From an uncultured Acidobacteriota bacterium (lineage in GTDB: Bacteria; Acidobacteriota; Thermoanaerobaculia; Multivoradales; UBA5704): a DNA stretch of 64,000 nt. Location of the stretch: assembly GCA_963700145.1 (NCBI GenBank), contig OY969474.1, forward strand, positions 4,032,001 through 4,096,000, in the 5' to 3' direction. Below are positions 32,007 through 41,556 of this stretch, one piece after another. The position numbers and the translations under genes are program-made. The first letter of the stretch is position 1; each line of letters begins with the position of its first letter. The notes below the pieces were generated by a model. It saw nothing but the letters and a program-made list of their open reading frames with translations, made no database searches and was not told the origin of the DNA.

Positions 32007-33260
32007 CTACTTAGCGGAACGCACGGCTTCGCCCAGCGCCGCCATCGCTGCTTCGAGCTGGGCGTCGGCGAGGTAGGGGGCGGGGCCGAGGCGGAGGCGG
32101 TCGTCGCGGAAGTCGGTGGAGACGCCGCGGGCGGCCAGGGCGCGGCTGAGCTCGCCGGCGTGGGGGGTGCGGAGGGCGAGGAAGCCGCCGGCCTGGGCGA
32201 GCGGCACCTCGCGGTCGCGGTCGATCACCTCCGGCGGCAGGTCGAGGGCGTCGAAGCGCTGCGCCAGGAGCCCCACCTGGTGCTGCGAGACCTCGCGCAG
32301 GAGGGCCGGGTCCAGGCCCTGCTCGGCGAAGAAGTCGAAGACCTCGGCCGCCCGGTAGTGGCTCGTCGGGTCGTAGGTGGCGCCGGCGAAGCGGGCTCCG
32401 CCGTCGCCGAACGCCACCCGGCCCTCCACCTTCTCGGCCAGCGCTTCGAACTCCGCGAACCATCCGGTGAACACCGGCCGCAGCGCACAGCCCGCCGGCA
32501 CGCGCAGGAAGCAGTTGCCTTCGCCGAGCTGGCAGTACTTGTAGCCGCCGCCGACGACGTAAGCGCCGTCGAGCCCGAGGGCGCGGAGCGGGAAGGGCAT
32601 GACGTTCAGGGCGTGGTAGGCGTCCACCAGCAGCTCGGCCCCCGCCCGTTCACAAGCCGCCGCCACCCGTTCGAGCCCGTCGACGATCCAGCCGGTCTGG
32701 AAGAGGACGGAGGAGACCAGCGCCGCCGCCGTCCGCCCGTCGACCGCCGCCGCCACCCGCTCGGCCACTTCGTCCGGCCGCGCCGCCGGCACCTTGACGA
32801 CCTCGATCCCCTCCTCGGCCAGCCGGTCGAGCTGGCGGCGCAGGGTGTGGAACTCGCCGTCGGTCGTGACCAGGCGCGGGCGCTCGCGGAGCGGCAGCGC
32901 GGAGAGCCAGCGCACGACGAGGTCGTGCGTGCTGCCGGCCAGCGCGTAGGCGCGCTCGTTGCCGGGTTCCTCGAGCAGGCGCGCGAAGCCGGTGCGCACG
33001 CGGTCGGCCGCCGCGAAGGCGCGGTCCCACTTGCCGTCCACGTGCTCGGCTGCGTCCTCCCAGGCGCGCACCTGCCCGGCGAGCCCGCGGTCGGGCCAGG
33101 CCTGGTGGGAGTGGCCGGTGAGGAGGAGGCGCTCGGCGACGCGGAAGCGGCTGTAGAAAGAAGCTAGGGCGTTCGGGGAGGCGTAGAGGGTTTCGAGGGG
33201 AAATCGCGCCGCCCGCCGCCCAGATCCCTCGCTCTCGCTCGGGATGACATTCCCCTTCAC
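32007..33260 (-). CDS. kynU: Kynureninase-like PLP enzyme
   Basis: TDGEFH, VDAYH, GGYKY and PVFTGWF motifs; GTGA overlap with kynA. Confidence 0.85.
   Translation of the reverse strand: MKGNVIPSESEGSGRRAARFPLETLYASPNALASFYSRFRVAERLLLTGHSHQAWPDRGLAGQVRAWEDAAEHVDGKWDRAFAAADRVRTGFARLLEEPGNERAYALAGSTHDLVVRWLSALPLRERPRLVTTDGEFHTLRRQLDRLAEEGIEVVKVPAARPDEVAERVAAAVDGRTAAALVSSVLFQTGWIVDGLERVAAACERAGAELLVDAYHALNVMPFPLRALGLDGAYVVGGGYKYCQLGEGNCFLRVPAGCALRPVFTGWFAEFEALAEKVEGRVAFGDGGARFAGATYDPTSHYRAAEVFDFFAEQGLDPALLREVSQHQVGLLAQRFDALDLPPEVIDRDREVPLAQAGGFLALRTPHAGELSRALAARGVSTDFRDDRLRLGPAPYLADAQLEAAMAALGEAVRSAK
33219..33249. repeat. REP-like half copy inside the kynU 5' region
   Basis: CCCAGATCCCTCGCTCTCGCTCGGGATGACA. 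Confidence 0.85.
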
Positions 33261-34030
33261 AGCCGCGGGCGGATCGCCCAGAGGTCGGGGAAGAGCGGCT
33301 GGAAGAGGGTGGTTCGCAGGTACTCCGACCCCGACGAGCCGCCGGTGCCGCGGCGGGTGCCGATCGTGCGCTCGACCATTTTGACGTGCCGGTAGCGCCA
33401 CTCCTGCAGGCCCTCGTCGAGGTCCACCATCCGCTCGCAGACCTCGCGCGTCGCCGGGTCGTCGTGGTAGATGCCGACCAGCACCTCCTGGACGGCCGGG
33501 TCCTCCTGCGGCGGCTGCGCCCGGTCGCGCCCGAGCGCCGACTCCGGCACCGGGTAGTCCTTGTGGGCGAGGTAGAGGAGGAAGGAGTCCCAGAGGCTGT
33601 TGCCGGCGAGGAGCTTCTCGAGCTCCGGCGCCGCCTCCGGGTAGTGGCGGAGGAGCGACGCCTGCCGCGCTCCGAGCTGCAGCTCCAGCCGCCGGAACTG
33701 CAGCGACTGGAAGCCGCTCGCCGTGTCCAGGCGGTGGCGGAAGGAGAGGAAGGAGACCGGCGTCATGGTCTCCAGGATGTCCACCTGCGCCACCAGCGTT
33801 TTGAAGATGGTGAGGACGCGCTTGAAGCCGGCCATCGCGACCGCCCCCTCGCCCGCCTCCAGCGCCCGCTGCAGCCGCTCGACCTCGTGCAGGACCAGCT
33901 TGAACCAGAGCTCGTAGACCTGGTGGATGACGATGAACAGCATCTCGTCGTGCTCCGGCCCCTCCGACTGCGGGGCCTGGAGCGCCAGGAGGTCGTCGAG
34001 CTTGAGGTAGTCGCCGTAGGTCAGCGGCAC
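33257..34030 (-). CDS. kynA: Tryptophan 2,3-dioxygenase
   Basis: TYGDYLKLDDLL, HDEMLFIVIHQVYELWFK, ASGFQS and WRYRHVKMVERTIG..GTGGSSG motifs. Confidence 0.97.
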   Translation of the reverse strand: MPLTYGDYLKLDDLLALQAPQSEGPEHDEMLFIVIHQVYELWFKLVLHEVERLQRALEAGEGAVAMAGFKRVLTIFKTLVAQVDILETMTPVSFLSFRHRLDTASGFQSLQFRRLELQLGARQASLLRHYPEAAPELEKLLAGNSLWDSFLLYLAHKDYPVPESALGRDRAQPPQEDPAVQEVLVGIYHDDPATREVCERMVDLDEGLQEWRYRHVKMVERTIGTRRGTGGSSGSEYLRTTLFQPLFPDLWAIRPRL

Positions 34031-34147
34031 GGGGGGATCATACCCGCGCGCGGCGGGCGATCCTGAGGTACAATGCGCGCTTCCGAGAACCGAAGACCGC
34101 AACCAAGGGGGTCGTCGAGCGGCCCCAAGTTTCAGGAGGTCAAGCAG

Positions 34148-34774
34148 ATGAAGCGTTTCTCGTCCCTCGCCGTGGTCGCCGCCCTGCTCGTCGCGGCCGC
34201 CGCGCTGCCGGCGCTCGCCGCCGACAACAGCACCAAGCCCCGCATCGCCGTCCTCGAGTTCAAGAGCAAGGCCGAGAACCAGTGGTGGTACCACAACGGC
34301 TCCGCGGCCGCCCAGGACGTCTTCGTCACCGAGCTGTTCAAGAGCGGCAAGTTCCGCGTCGTCGAGCGCGAGCAGCTCGCGGCGCTGATGCAGGAGAAGA
34401 ACCTCACCCTCTCCGGCGACCTCGACCCGGCCACCGCCGTCAAGGTCGGCAAGATCCTCGGCGTCAACTATCTGCTCACCGGCTCCGTCACCGAGTACGG
34501 GGCGACCGACGTCGGCGGCCACGCCCCCGGCGTGCGCCGCCTCCCCGGCTTCTCGGCCGGCAAGCGCAACTTCGTGGCGGCGATGAACGCCCGCCTGATC
34601 GACACCTCGACCGGCGAGATCGTCTGGGCCGACGAGGGCCGCGGCGAGGAGAGCAGCGTCAAGGTCAACGTCGGCGGCTTCGGCGGCGGCGTGGACGACG
34701 ACCGCATGTTCGACAAGGTGATGAAGCCGGTCATCCAGCAGCTCGTCGCCAGCATCAAGGCGGCCGACCTGTAG
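34148..34774 (+). CDS. CsgG/HfaB-family protein
   Basis: Signal peptide; KPRIAVLEF, FRVVEREQL and ARLIDTSTGEI; AGGAGG ribosome-binding site. Confidence 0.88.
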   Translation: MKRFSSLAVVAALLVAAAALPALAADNSTKPRIAVLEFKSKAENQWWYHNGSAAAQDVFVTELFKSGKFRVVEREQLAALMQEKNLTLSGDLDPATAVKVGKILGVNYLLTGSVTEYGATDVGGHAPGVRRLPGFSAGKRNFVAAMNARLIDTSTGEIVWADEGRGEESSVKVNVGGFGGGVDDDRMFDKVMKPVIQQLVASIKAADL

Positions 34775-34802
34775 ACCTCGGACCGCTCCGGCGGATTGCG
34801 AG

Positions 34803-34833
34803 AGGGCCCGGCGCTGCCGGGCCCTTTTCGTTT
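34803..34833 (+). terminator. Intrinsic terminator
   Basis: AGGGCCCGGC-GCT-GCCGGGCCCT followed by TTTCGTTT. Confidence 0.8.
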
Positions 34834-34848
34834 GTACACTCCGCAGCC

Positions 34849-36570
34849 ATGAGCCGCGCTCGGCGTAGTTGCTGCCTGCCGCTTTTCCTCCTTCTCAGCG
34901 CTGCGCCGCTCGCCGCCTACTACCCGCCGGCCGTCTCCGGCACCGGCGGCGCGGTGGCCTCGAACGACCCGCTCGCCACCGCCGCCGGGCTCGAGGCGCT
35001 GCGCGCCGGCGGCAACGCCGTGGACGCCGCGGTGGCGACGGCGCTGGCGCTGGCGGTGGTCTTCCCCGAGGCCGGGAACTTGGGCGGCGGCGGCTTCGCG
35101 GTGGTCAAGATCGGCGACGAGCTGGCGACGCTCGACTTCCGCGAGACGGCGCCGGCCGCCGCGCACCGCACGATGTTCCTCGACGAGCGCGGCGAGCCGA
35201 TCCCCTACGCCTCGCGCTACGGCGGGCTCGCCGCCGGCGTCCCCGGGTCCCCCTCCGGCTACTACGACCTGCACCGGCGGTTCGGGCGGCTGCCCTGGCA
35301 GCGGGTGGTCGCGCCCGCGCTCCGCCTGGCGGGCGAGGAGCTGGTCGTCGGCGAGCACCTGCACCGCGTGCTGGGCGACTTCCGGGAGGGGCTCGCGCGC
35401 TTCCCCGAGACCGCCGCGCTCTGGCTGCGCGACGGCGAGCCGCTGCCGGTCGGCGCCCGCGTGCGCCAGTCCGACCTCGCCGCCACCCTGGCGCTCTATG
35501 CCGAGCGCGGCCCCTCCGGGATCGTCGAGGGGCGGGTGGCCGCCGCCATCGAGGCCGCGGCGCGCAAGCACGGCGGCGTGCTGCGCGCCGCCGACCTCGC
35601 CGCCTACCGCCCGGCCTGGCGCGAGCCGCTGCGCTTCCGCGCCTGGGGGTGGGACTTGGCCGCCATGCCGCTGCCTTCGGCCGGCGGCACCATCGTCGGA
35701 CAGACCCTGGGCGTCCTCGAGCGCGTGCGCTGGGGCGAGCTGCCGCGCTTCGGCGCCGACCGCTGGCATCTCCTGGCCGAGACCTTCCGCCGCGCCTTCG
35801 CCGACCGCACGCTCCTCGCCGACCCGGCGACCACCCGCGCCACGCCGGCCGAGCTGCTCGCCCCGCGCCGGCTGGAGGACTTCGTGGCGCGCCTCGACCG
35901 CGCGCGCGCGACGCCGTCGGCCGCGGTCGAGCCCTGGGCCGGCGCGGCCGGCGCCGCCGGCGCGTCCGAGGGCGCTGACACCACCCACCTCTCCGTCGTC
36001 GACGGCGACGGCAACCTCGTCGCCCTGACCACGACGCTCAACGACCTCTTCGGCAACGGCCTCTACGTGCCGGGGGCGGGGTTCTTCTTGAACGACGAGA
36101 TGGACGACTTCGCCACCAACCCCGACCGCGCCGGCGCCGCCGGCCAGGGGGAGGCGAACGCCGTCGCGCCGGGGAAGCGGATGCTCTCCTCGATGTCCCC
36201 GACCCTGGCCTGGCGCGCCGGCGAGGCGCTCGTCGTCGGCGGGCGCGGCGGGCGGCGCATCCCGACCGGCACCGCGCAGGCGCTGCTCAACCTCCTGGTT
36301 GACGGCGACGAGCTGGCCGCCGCGCTCGCCCGGCCGCGCGTCCACCACCAGTGGCTCCCCGACCGCCTGGAGGCCGAGGCCGACGCCCTCGCCCCCGAGA
36401 CCCGCGCCGAGCTGGAGCGGCGCGGCCACGCGATCGTGGTTCCCGAGCTCAAGGACATCCCCAAGATCACCGCGGTCCGACGCCTGCCCGACGGCCGCGT
36501 GGCCGCCTCGACCGACCCGCGCGGCGCGGCGCCGCGCGACGGCGCCGCCGTCCTCTCGCCGACCCCGTAG
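34849..36570 (+). CDS. ggt: Gamma-glutamyltransferase
   Basis: GGNAVDAAVA, DFRETAP, TTHLSVVD and PGKRMLSSMSP motifs. Confidence 0.95.
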   Translation: MSRARRSCCLPLFLLLSAAPLAAYYPPAVSGTGGAVASNDPLATAAGLEALRAGGNAVDAAVATALALAVVFPEAGNLGGGGFAVVKIGDELATLDFRETAPAAAHRTMFLDERGEPIPYASRYGGLAAGVPGSPSGYYDLHRRFGRLPWQRVVAPALRLAGEELVVGEHLHRVLGDFREGLARFPETAALWLRDGEPLPVGARVRQSDLAATLALYAERGPSGIVEGRVAAAIEAAARKHGGVLRAADLAAYRPAWREPLRFRAWGWDLAAMPLPSAGGTIVGQTLGVLERVRWGELPRFGADRWHLLAETFRRAFADRTLLADPATTRATPAELLAPRRLEDFVARLDRARATPSAAVEPWAGAAGAAGASEGADTTHLSVVDGDGNLVALTTTLNDLFGNGLYVPGAGFFLNDEMDDFATNPDRAGAAGQGEANAVAPGKRMLSSMSPTLAWRAGEALVVGGRGGRRIPTGTAQALLNLLVDGDELAAALARPRVHHQWLPDRLEAEADALAPETRAELERRGHAIVVPELKDIPKITAVRRLPDGRVAASTDPRGAAPRDGAAVLSPTP

Positions 36571-36617
36571 CCTCGCGCCCATCCCTGGCGCGTGCCTTGC
36601 TGCCGCCAGCCCTCGGC

Positions 36618-36761
36618 ATGCCGCGGCGGGAAAAACTGAAGACCGAGCTGCCGGGCTTCGACCTCACCCGGGACCCGGAGTTCCAGCGCCGGACCTGGGT
36701 GGCGCAGCGGGTGGGGCGGGTGGCGATGGCGCCCGCTCAGGATGACAAGCTAGCCGTCTGA
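36618..36761 (+). pseudogene. Gene fragment cut at a REP end
   Basis: MPRREKLKTELPGFDLTRDPEFQRRTWVAQRVGRVAMA in host-like codon usage, stopping at CGCTCAGGATGACA (36734-36747). Confidence 0.45.
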
Positions 36762-36768
36762 GCGCGCT

Positions 36769-37992
36769 TTACGCACCGAATTTGGCGAGACGCCCTGCGT
36801 TCGCCAGCAGCAACCCCATCAGATGGTGCGACGGGAAGGTCCCGAGGTGGCCGCGCGCGGCGGCGGTCTCGCCGAACTCGGTCGAGCCGTCCACGAAGCA
36901 GTAAGGGCCGTGGAGGAGGAGCGGCACCGGGTGCCAGGAGTGCGCCTTGAGCGGCGCCGGCGTCGAGTGGTCGCCGGTCACCGCCACCACCTCCGGCCGC
37001 CGCTCGAGCAGGCGCGGCAGCCCGGCGTCCACCTCCTCGAGCGCCCGCACCTTCTCGGCCAGGTTGCCGTCCTCGCCGGCGGCGTCGGTCTGCTTGATGT
37101 GGAGGAAGAAGAGGTCGAAGTCGTCCCAGCGGGCGAGGACGGCGTCGACCGTCTCCGAAAACTTCTTGCCGCAGGGGACGACCTGCATGCCGCAGGCGGC
37201 GGCGACGCCGCGGTAGAGGGGGTACCCCGCGAAGGCGCCGCAGCGCAGGCCGTGGAGGTCGCCGAGCTGCGGCAGGTGGGGGAGGCGCGAGAAGCCGCGG
37301 AGGAGGACCCGGTTGGCCTTCGCCTCGGCGGCGATGGCCCGCTCCATGACCGCGATCGCCCGCCGCAGCCGCTCGGCCGTGGCCGCCGCCTCCGGCGCCT
37401 CGGCCTCGGGCGGCAGCGGCGGCACGCCGAGCCGCTGCGGGTCGGTGGCCGAGACCGCCGGCGAGAGCCCCTCGCCGCGCAGGATGGCGACGAAGCGGTG
37501 CCCCTCGCCCGGCTCGAGCTGAATCTCCAGACTGGGGATGGGCTCGCGCGCCAGCGCCTCGCGCAGCACGGCGACGAGCCGGCGGCACTCCTCGGTCGAG
37601 ATGCGGCCGGCGCGGCGGTCGGTCAGATTCCCGGCGGCGTCGGCGGTGGCGAAGTTGCCGCGCGCGGCGATGTCCTCGGGCCCGAGCTCGAGGCCCGCCC
37701 CCATCGCCTCCAGGACGCCGCGGCCGATGTCCACCTCCGGCTCGGTCGGGTCGTAGCCGAAGAGGGCGAGGTGGCCGGGGCCGCTCCCCGGGGTGACGCC
37801 GGTCGCGACCGGCACGATGCGGCCGAGTGCCGAGCGCGCCGCCAGGGCGTCGAGGTTGGGCAGCCGCGCCCGCTCGAGCGCGGTCTCCGGCTGGTCGGCG
37901 GTGCGGATGTCCCCCAGCCCGTCGATCACCAGCAGGACGATGCGCGTCCCGGCCGGCTGGGCGAGGCTGGCGAGGATCTCTTGGTGGCGCAC
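36769..37992 (-). CDS. apgM: 2,3-bisphosphoglycerate-independent phosphoglycerate mutase (ApgM type)
   Basis: IDGLGD, TPGSGPGHLALFGYDP, TDAAGEDG, TGDHSTP and HSWHPVP motifs. Confidence 0.95.
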   Translation of the reverse strand: MRHQEILASLAQPAGTRIVLLVIDGLGDIRTADQPETALERARLPNLDALAARSALGRIVPVATGVTPGSGPGHLALFGYDPTEPEVDIGRGVLEAMGAGLELGPEDIAARGNFATADAAGNLTDRRAGRISTEECRRLVAVLREALAREPIPSLEIQLEPGEGHRFVAILRGEGLSPAVSATDPQRLGVPPLPPEAEAPEAAATAERLRRAIAVMERAIAAEAKANRVLLRGFSRLPHLPQLGDLHGLRCGAFAGYPLYRGVAAACGMQVVPCGKKFSETVDAVLARWDDFDLFFLHIKQTDAAGEDGNLAEKVRALEEVDAGLPRLLERRPEVVAVTGDHSTPAPLKAHSWHPVPLLLHGPYCFVDGSTEFGETAAARGHLGTFPSHHLMGLLLANAGRLAKFGA

Positions 37993-38009
37993 GGGGGACT
38001 GCTGGCCGG

Positions 38010-38432
38010 CTACGGGACGAAGTACGCGCTCGCCCTCACCTGCAGCCGGGCCCGCGGCTCGAAGCCGCTGCCGACCAGGGTGAAGGCCGAGTCGGCGCCC
38101 AGGATCGGCAGCACGATCCAGCCGTCGAAGCTCTCGCCGCCGGCGTAAGGCGGGACGACCGGCTCGATCTCGGCGATCTTGGTCCAGTGCTCGTCGTCGG
38201 GGTCGAAGCAGGCGCGCAGCTCGACGTAGGCGCGGTCGAGGTCGATCGTGCGCTGCCCCGAGGGGTGCCAGACCGAGAAGACGAAGCGCACCTCGTCGTA
38301 GGGGCTGGTCGGCAGGTGGGCCTTGCCGGCCACCACCAGCGGGAAGGAGAAGGCGCCCGCGGTGTCGGTGGCGAAGATCTCCGGGGTGGAGTCGAAGACC
38401 ACCTGGCGGGGGGGCGTGGTGGGAGTCGTCAT
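38010..38432 (-). CDS. Hypothetical protein
   Basis: Coupled to the upstream eda by an ATGA overlap, host codon usage; no family recognised. Confidence 0.7.
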   Translation of the reverse strand: MTTPTTPPRQVVFDSTPEIFATDTAGAFSFPLVVAGKAHLPTSPYDEVRFVFSVWHPSGQRTIDLDRAYVELRACFDPDDEHWTKIAEIEPVVPPYAGGESFDGWIVLPILGADSAFTLVGSGFEPRARLQVRASAYFVP

Positions 38433-39082
38433 CCCGCCTCCCCCGTGCGGGCCAGCTCGATCGCCCGCGCCACCCGCCGGCGGGTCTCGTCGGCGCCGTC
38501 GCCCAGGAGGGGCGCGCCGATGCCGAAGGCGACCGCGCCGGCCGCCCGGTAGGCCGGGATCTCCTCGACCCCGAAGCCGCCAGCGGCGAGCATCGGCAGG
38601 TCGCCCAGCGGCTGGCGCACGGTGGCGAGGTAGGCCGCTCCCCCGACCGGCGGCAGCGGGTAGACCTTGACCAGGTCGGCGCCCAGCTCGTGCGCCGCGA
38701 CGATCTCGGAGGGCGTCAGGGCGCCCATGACCAGGAAGAGGTCGGCGCGCCGCGCCTCCTCGGCCACCTCGCGGCTGACGTTGGGGGTGACCAGGAACTC
38801 CGCCCCGGCGGCCACCGCCTCGCGGGCCCGGGCGGCGGTGGTGACCGTCCCCGCCCCGTACCAGGGGGGGCCGTCGCCGCCGCGGGCGGCGATCAGCTCG
38901 CGGATCAGCCGCGGGGCCCCGGGAACGGTGAAGGTGATCTCGACCAGCTCCGCCCCGCCCGCCGCGAAGGCCCGCGCCTGGCGCAGCGCCTCCTCGGGCG
39001 AGGGGGTGCGCACCACCGCCACCACGGGCGCCCGCCGCACGCTCCTCCCCACGTCCGTCCGCGTGCCGAGAGTTGTCACCAT
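38429..39082 (-). CDS. eda: KDPG/KHG aldolase
   Basis: VVAVVR, VEITF, GAGTVT, GALTPSE and VKVYP motifs. Confidence 0.9.
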   Translation of the reverse strand: MVTTLGTRTDVGRSVRRAPVVAVVRTPSPEEALRQARAFAAGGAELVEITFTVPGAPRLIRELIAARGGDGPPWYGAGTVTTAARAREAVAAGAEFLVTPNVSREVAEEARRADLFLVMGALTPSEIVAAHELGADLVKVYPLPPVGGAAYLATVRQPLGDLPMLAAGGFGVEEIPAYRAAGAVAFGIGAPLLGDGADETRRRVARAIELARTGEAG

Positions 39083-39139
39083 GCGGGCGGGGAGTCTATC
39101 ATCGGCTTCCTTTCACCCCGGGAGGCGACCGGCTCGCCA

Positions 39140-39664
39140 ATGGCCATTCCAGAGCAACCGATCGAGCGCGAGACGCTCGAGGAATTGCTGCCGCGAGTGC
39201 GCCCGCGGCTCAAGCAGATCCTCGCCCGCTACCGCGTGCCGGCCCACGAGGCCGAGGACCTTATCCAGGAGGCCCTGATCGCCACCTTCCGGAAGTGGGA
39301 GACCATCGACGACCCCGAGGCCTGGCTGCTCATCACGCTGCGCAACCGCTGCGTCATCTACTGGCGGAAGCGCCGCGCCAGCCTCACCAACTCGGTGGAC
39401 ATGGCGATCCTGGAGCTGCTCTCCGAGCCGCAGCAGGCGCCGCAGGAGCGCGACGAGCTGCGCTGGGACCTCACGCACCTGCTGCACGAGCTGTCGCCGC
39501 GCTGCCGGCAGCTCCTCCGCCTGCGCTACCACCTGGGCTACGACCCCCAGGAGGTGGCCGCCGAGATGGGCTACCACCCCTCCAGCGTGCGCAAGGTGAG
39601 CCGGCGGTGCCTCTTGGCGCTGACGCGGGCGCTCTTGACGCGCGATACACCGAAGGCGAATTAG
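39140..39664 (+). CDS. ECF sigma factor
   Basis: AEDLIQEA, AWLLITLRNRC, LSPRCRQLL and EVAAEMG region 2/4 motifs. Confidence 0.88.
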   Translation: MAIPEQPIERETLEELLPRVRPRLKQILARYRVPAHEAEDLIQEALIATFRKWETIDDPEAWLLITLRNRCVIYWRKRRASLTNSVDMAILELLSEPQQAPQERDELRWDLTHLLHELSPRCRQLLRLRYHLGYDPQEVAAEMGYHPSSVRKVSRRCLLALTRALLTRDTPKAN

Positions 39665-39690
39665 AAAACGCCCGGCACGTGGGCCGGGCG
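39664..39690 (-). terminator. Hairpin terminator between convergent genes
   Basis: CGCCCGGC..GCCGGGCG stem followed by TTTT on the minus strand. Confidence 0.5.
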
Positions 39691-39724
39691 CTACGGGCAC
39701 CAAACGGTCTTCGTAGCGGCGGGC

Positions 39725-40486
39725 CTACGTGCCCGCCGTTTTCAGGGCGTGCTGCAATCGGCGGCAGATGCCGCGCAGGATGCGGACCTCGCGCTCGCGC
39801 GGGGCGGCGCGGGCGGCTAGGGCGCGCAGGTCGCGCAGCACGCCGGCGAAGGTGTCGTCGCGGGCGAAGCCGGCGGCGACCAGCACCTCCGTGAGCTGGC
39901 CGCAGAGCCCTTCGAGGTCGCCGGCCGCGGCGAGTGGCTCGTCCGCGGCCGCGACGCCCGCGGCCTGCGCCGCGCCGGCCTCCAGCCGCGCCAGGTAGAG
40001 CTCGTAGGCGAGGAGCAGCACCGCCTGCGCCAGGTTGAGCGTCGGCTGCTCCGGCGCGCAGGGGACGTGGACGACTGCGCCGGCCAGTGCCAGCTCCTCG
40101 TTGGTGAGCCCGCCGACCTCCGGCCCGAAGACCAGCGCCGTCGGGGTGCCGGGCGGATCGCCGGCGAGGAGCGCCGGCAGCTCGCGCGGCAGGAGCAGCG
40201 GCAGCGCCAGCCGCCGGTCGCGCGTCGAGGTGGTGCCGACGACCCGGCGGAAGGGCGCCAAGGCGGACTCGAGCGAAGGGTGGCGCTCCGCCCGCTCGAG
40301 CACCTGCCGGGCGCCGACGGCGAAGGCGCGGGCGGTCTCGCCGAGCGCCACCGCCGGCTCGACGAGCAGCAGGCGCCCGAGCCCCATGTTGACCATGGCG
40401 CGCGCCGCGGCACCGACGTTGCCCTCCTCGCGCGGCCGCACCAGCACCACCGCCGGCGGGCTCCACTCGGCTCCCATGCGGCGCAC
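39725..40486 (-). CDS. trmJ: TrmJ/LasT-family SPOUT RNA methyltransferase
   Basis: GNVGAAARAMVNMG, LVFGPE..GLTNEEL and TLNLAQAV motifs. Confidence 0.9.
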   Translation of the reverse strand: MRRMGAEWSPPAVVLVRPREEGNVGAAARAMVNMGLGRLLLVEPAVALGETARAFAVGARQVLERAERHPSLESALAPFRRVVGTTSTRDRRLALPLLLPRELPALLAGDPPGTPTALVFGPEVGGLTNEELALAGAVVHVPCAPEQPTLNLAQAVLLLAYELYLARLEAGAAQAAGVAAADEPLAAAGDLEGLCGQLTEVLVAAGFARDDTFAGVLRDLRALAARAAPREREVRILRGICRRLQHALKTAGT

Positions 40487-40494
40487 TCTATTTC

Positions 40495-40523
40495 TTGACA
40501 GGCGCTGGGGGCCGGGCTAGCGT
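40495..40523 (+). promoter_or_regulatory. sigma70 promoter
   Basis: TTGACA-N17-TAGCGT, ending 11 nt before the ATG at 40535. Confidence 0.6.
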
Positions 40524-40534
40524 CGCCGCGCTCC

Positions 40535-40846
40535 ATGACCGAGACCGCGACGCGCGCCTACCTGATCTTCACCGGCACCGGGCCGATCCTCGTCCTCTCC
40601 ACCTACCCGCAGATCACCGACCCGCGGCTGGTGCAAAAGCTCCGCTACAAGGGGATCGACAAGTTCATCGCCTACGAGGTGGACCTCGACGCGGTGCAGG
40701 ACCGCTACCGGCACTCGTACGAGACGATCTCGAAGGACCTGGTGGACGGCGAGGAGGACCTCCGCGTCCTCGACTTCAACGGGCACCAGATCATGGCGAA
40801 TTTTTCGTTGCAGGCGCTCGGCGAGCCGGTCAAGTTCGAGGGATAG
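40535..40846 (+). CDS. Conserved hypothetical protein
   Basis: YLIFTGTGPILVL..KGIDKFIAYEV..DLRVLDFNG; host codon usage and its own promoter. Confidence 0.8.
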   Translation: MTETATRAYLIFTGTGPILVLSTYPQITDPRLVQKLRYKGIDKFIAYEVDLDAVQDRYRHSYETISKDLVDGEEDLRVLDFNGHQIMANFSLQALGEPVKFEG

Positions 40847-40854
40847 GTGGATTG

Positions 40855-41451
40855 TCATCGGAATGACAGAAGGTCGTACCCCAGCTCTCTAACCAGCCTC
40901 CGCACCGCCGGCAGCGGCAATCCCACGACGTTCGTGTAGTTGCCGAAGACCGCCTCGACGAAGAGCGCCCCCAGCCCCTGCACCGCGTAGGCGCCGGCCT
41001 TGTCGAGGGGCTCGCCGGTGGCGACGTACCAGGCGACCTCTTCCGCCGTGAACGCCGCCATGCGGACGCGCGAGGTCTCGAGCGCCGCCGCCTGGCGGTC
41101 CCTGCCGGGCTCGCAGAGCGCCACGCCGGTGAGCACCGTGTGCTCGCGGCCGGCGATGGCGGCGAGCATTCGCGCCGCGTCCTCGGGGTCGCGCGGCTTG
41201 CCGAGGAGGAGCCCGTCGAGCACGACGACCGTGTCGGCCCCGAGCACCAGCTCGCCGGGGTGGGCGACGGCCGCCGCCTTCGCCGCCGCGAGGCGCAGCA
41301 CCGTCGCCGCCGGCTCCTCGCCGGGAAGCGGGCTCTCGTCGAGGTCCACCGGCCGCACCGCGAAGCGCAGGCCGAGCCCCGCCAGCAGCTCACGCCGGCG
41401 CGGCGAGCCGGAGGCGAGAACGAGAGAGGGCAGAGAAAGCGGTGGGGTCAT
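40855..41451 (-). CDS. maf: Maf nucleotide pyrophosphatase
   Basis: LASGSPRRRELL, GADTVV, GKP, DKAGAY and NVVGLP motifs. Confidence 0.97.
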   Translation of the reverse strand: MTPPLSLPSLVLASGSPRRRELLAGLGLRFAVRPVDLDESPLPGEEPAATVLRLAAAKAAAVAHPGELVLGADTVVVLDGLLLGKPRDPEDAARMLAAIAGREHTVLTGVALCEPGRDRQAAALETSRVRMAAFTAEEVAWYVATGEPLDKAGAYAVQGLGALFVEAVFGNYTNVVGLPLPAVRRLVRELGYDLLSFR

Positions 41452-41465
41452 CAGAAACGACAGAT

Positions 41466-41550
41466 TGTCATTCCGAGCGCAGCGAGGAATCTGGGGGCAG
41501 GGGCCTTTGGACGACCCCCGCCCAGATCCCTCGCTCCGCTCGGGATGACA
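41466..41550. repeat. REP-like element, full inverted pair
   Basis: TGTCATTCCGAGCGCAGCGAGGAATCTGG...CCAGATCCCTCGCTCCGCTCGGGATGACA. Confidence 0.9.
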
Positions 41551-41556
41551 AGGCTC

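Noticed and set aside
33257-34522. 421-aa extended TDO, plus extended versions of ggt, the nitrilase, the ECF sigma, rsmI and the ligase
   Set aside because: The extensions overlap neighbouring genes or the 21-nt array; starts were reassigned to the conserved N-termini.
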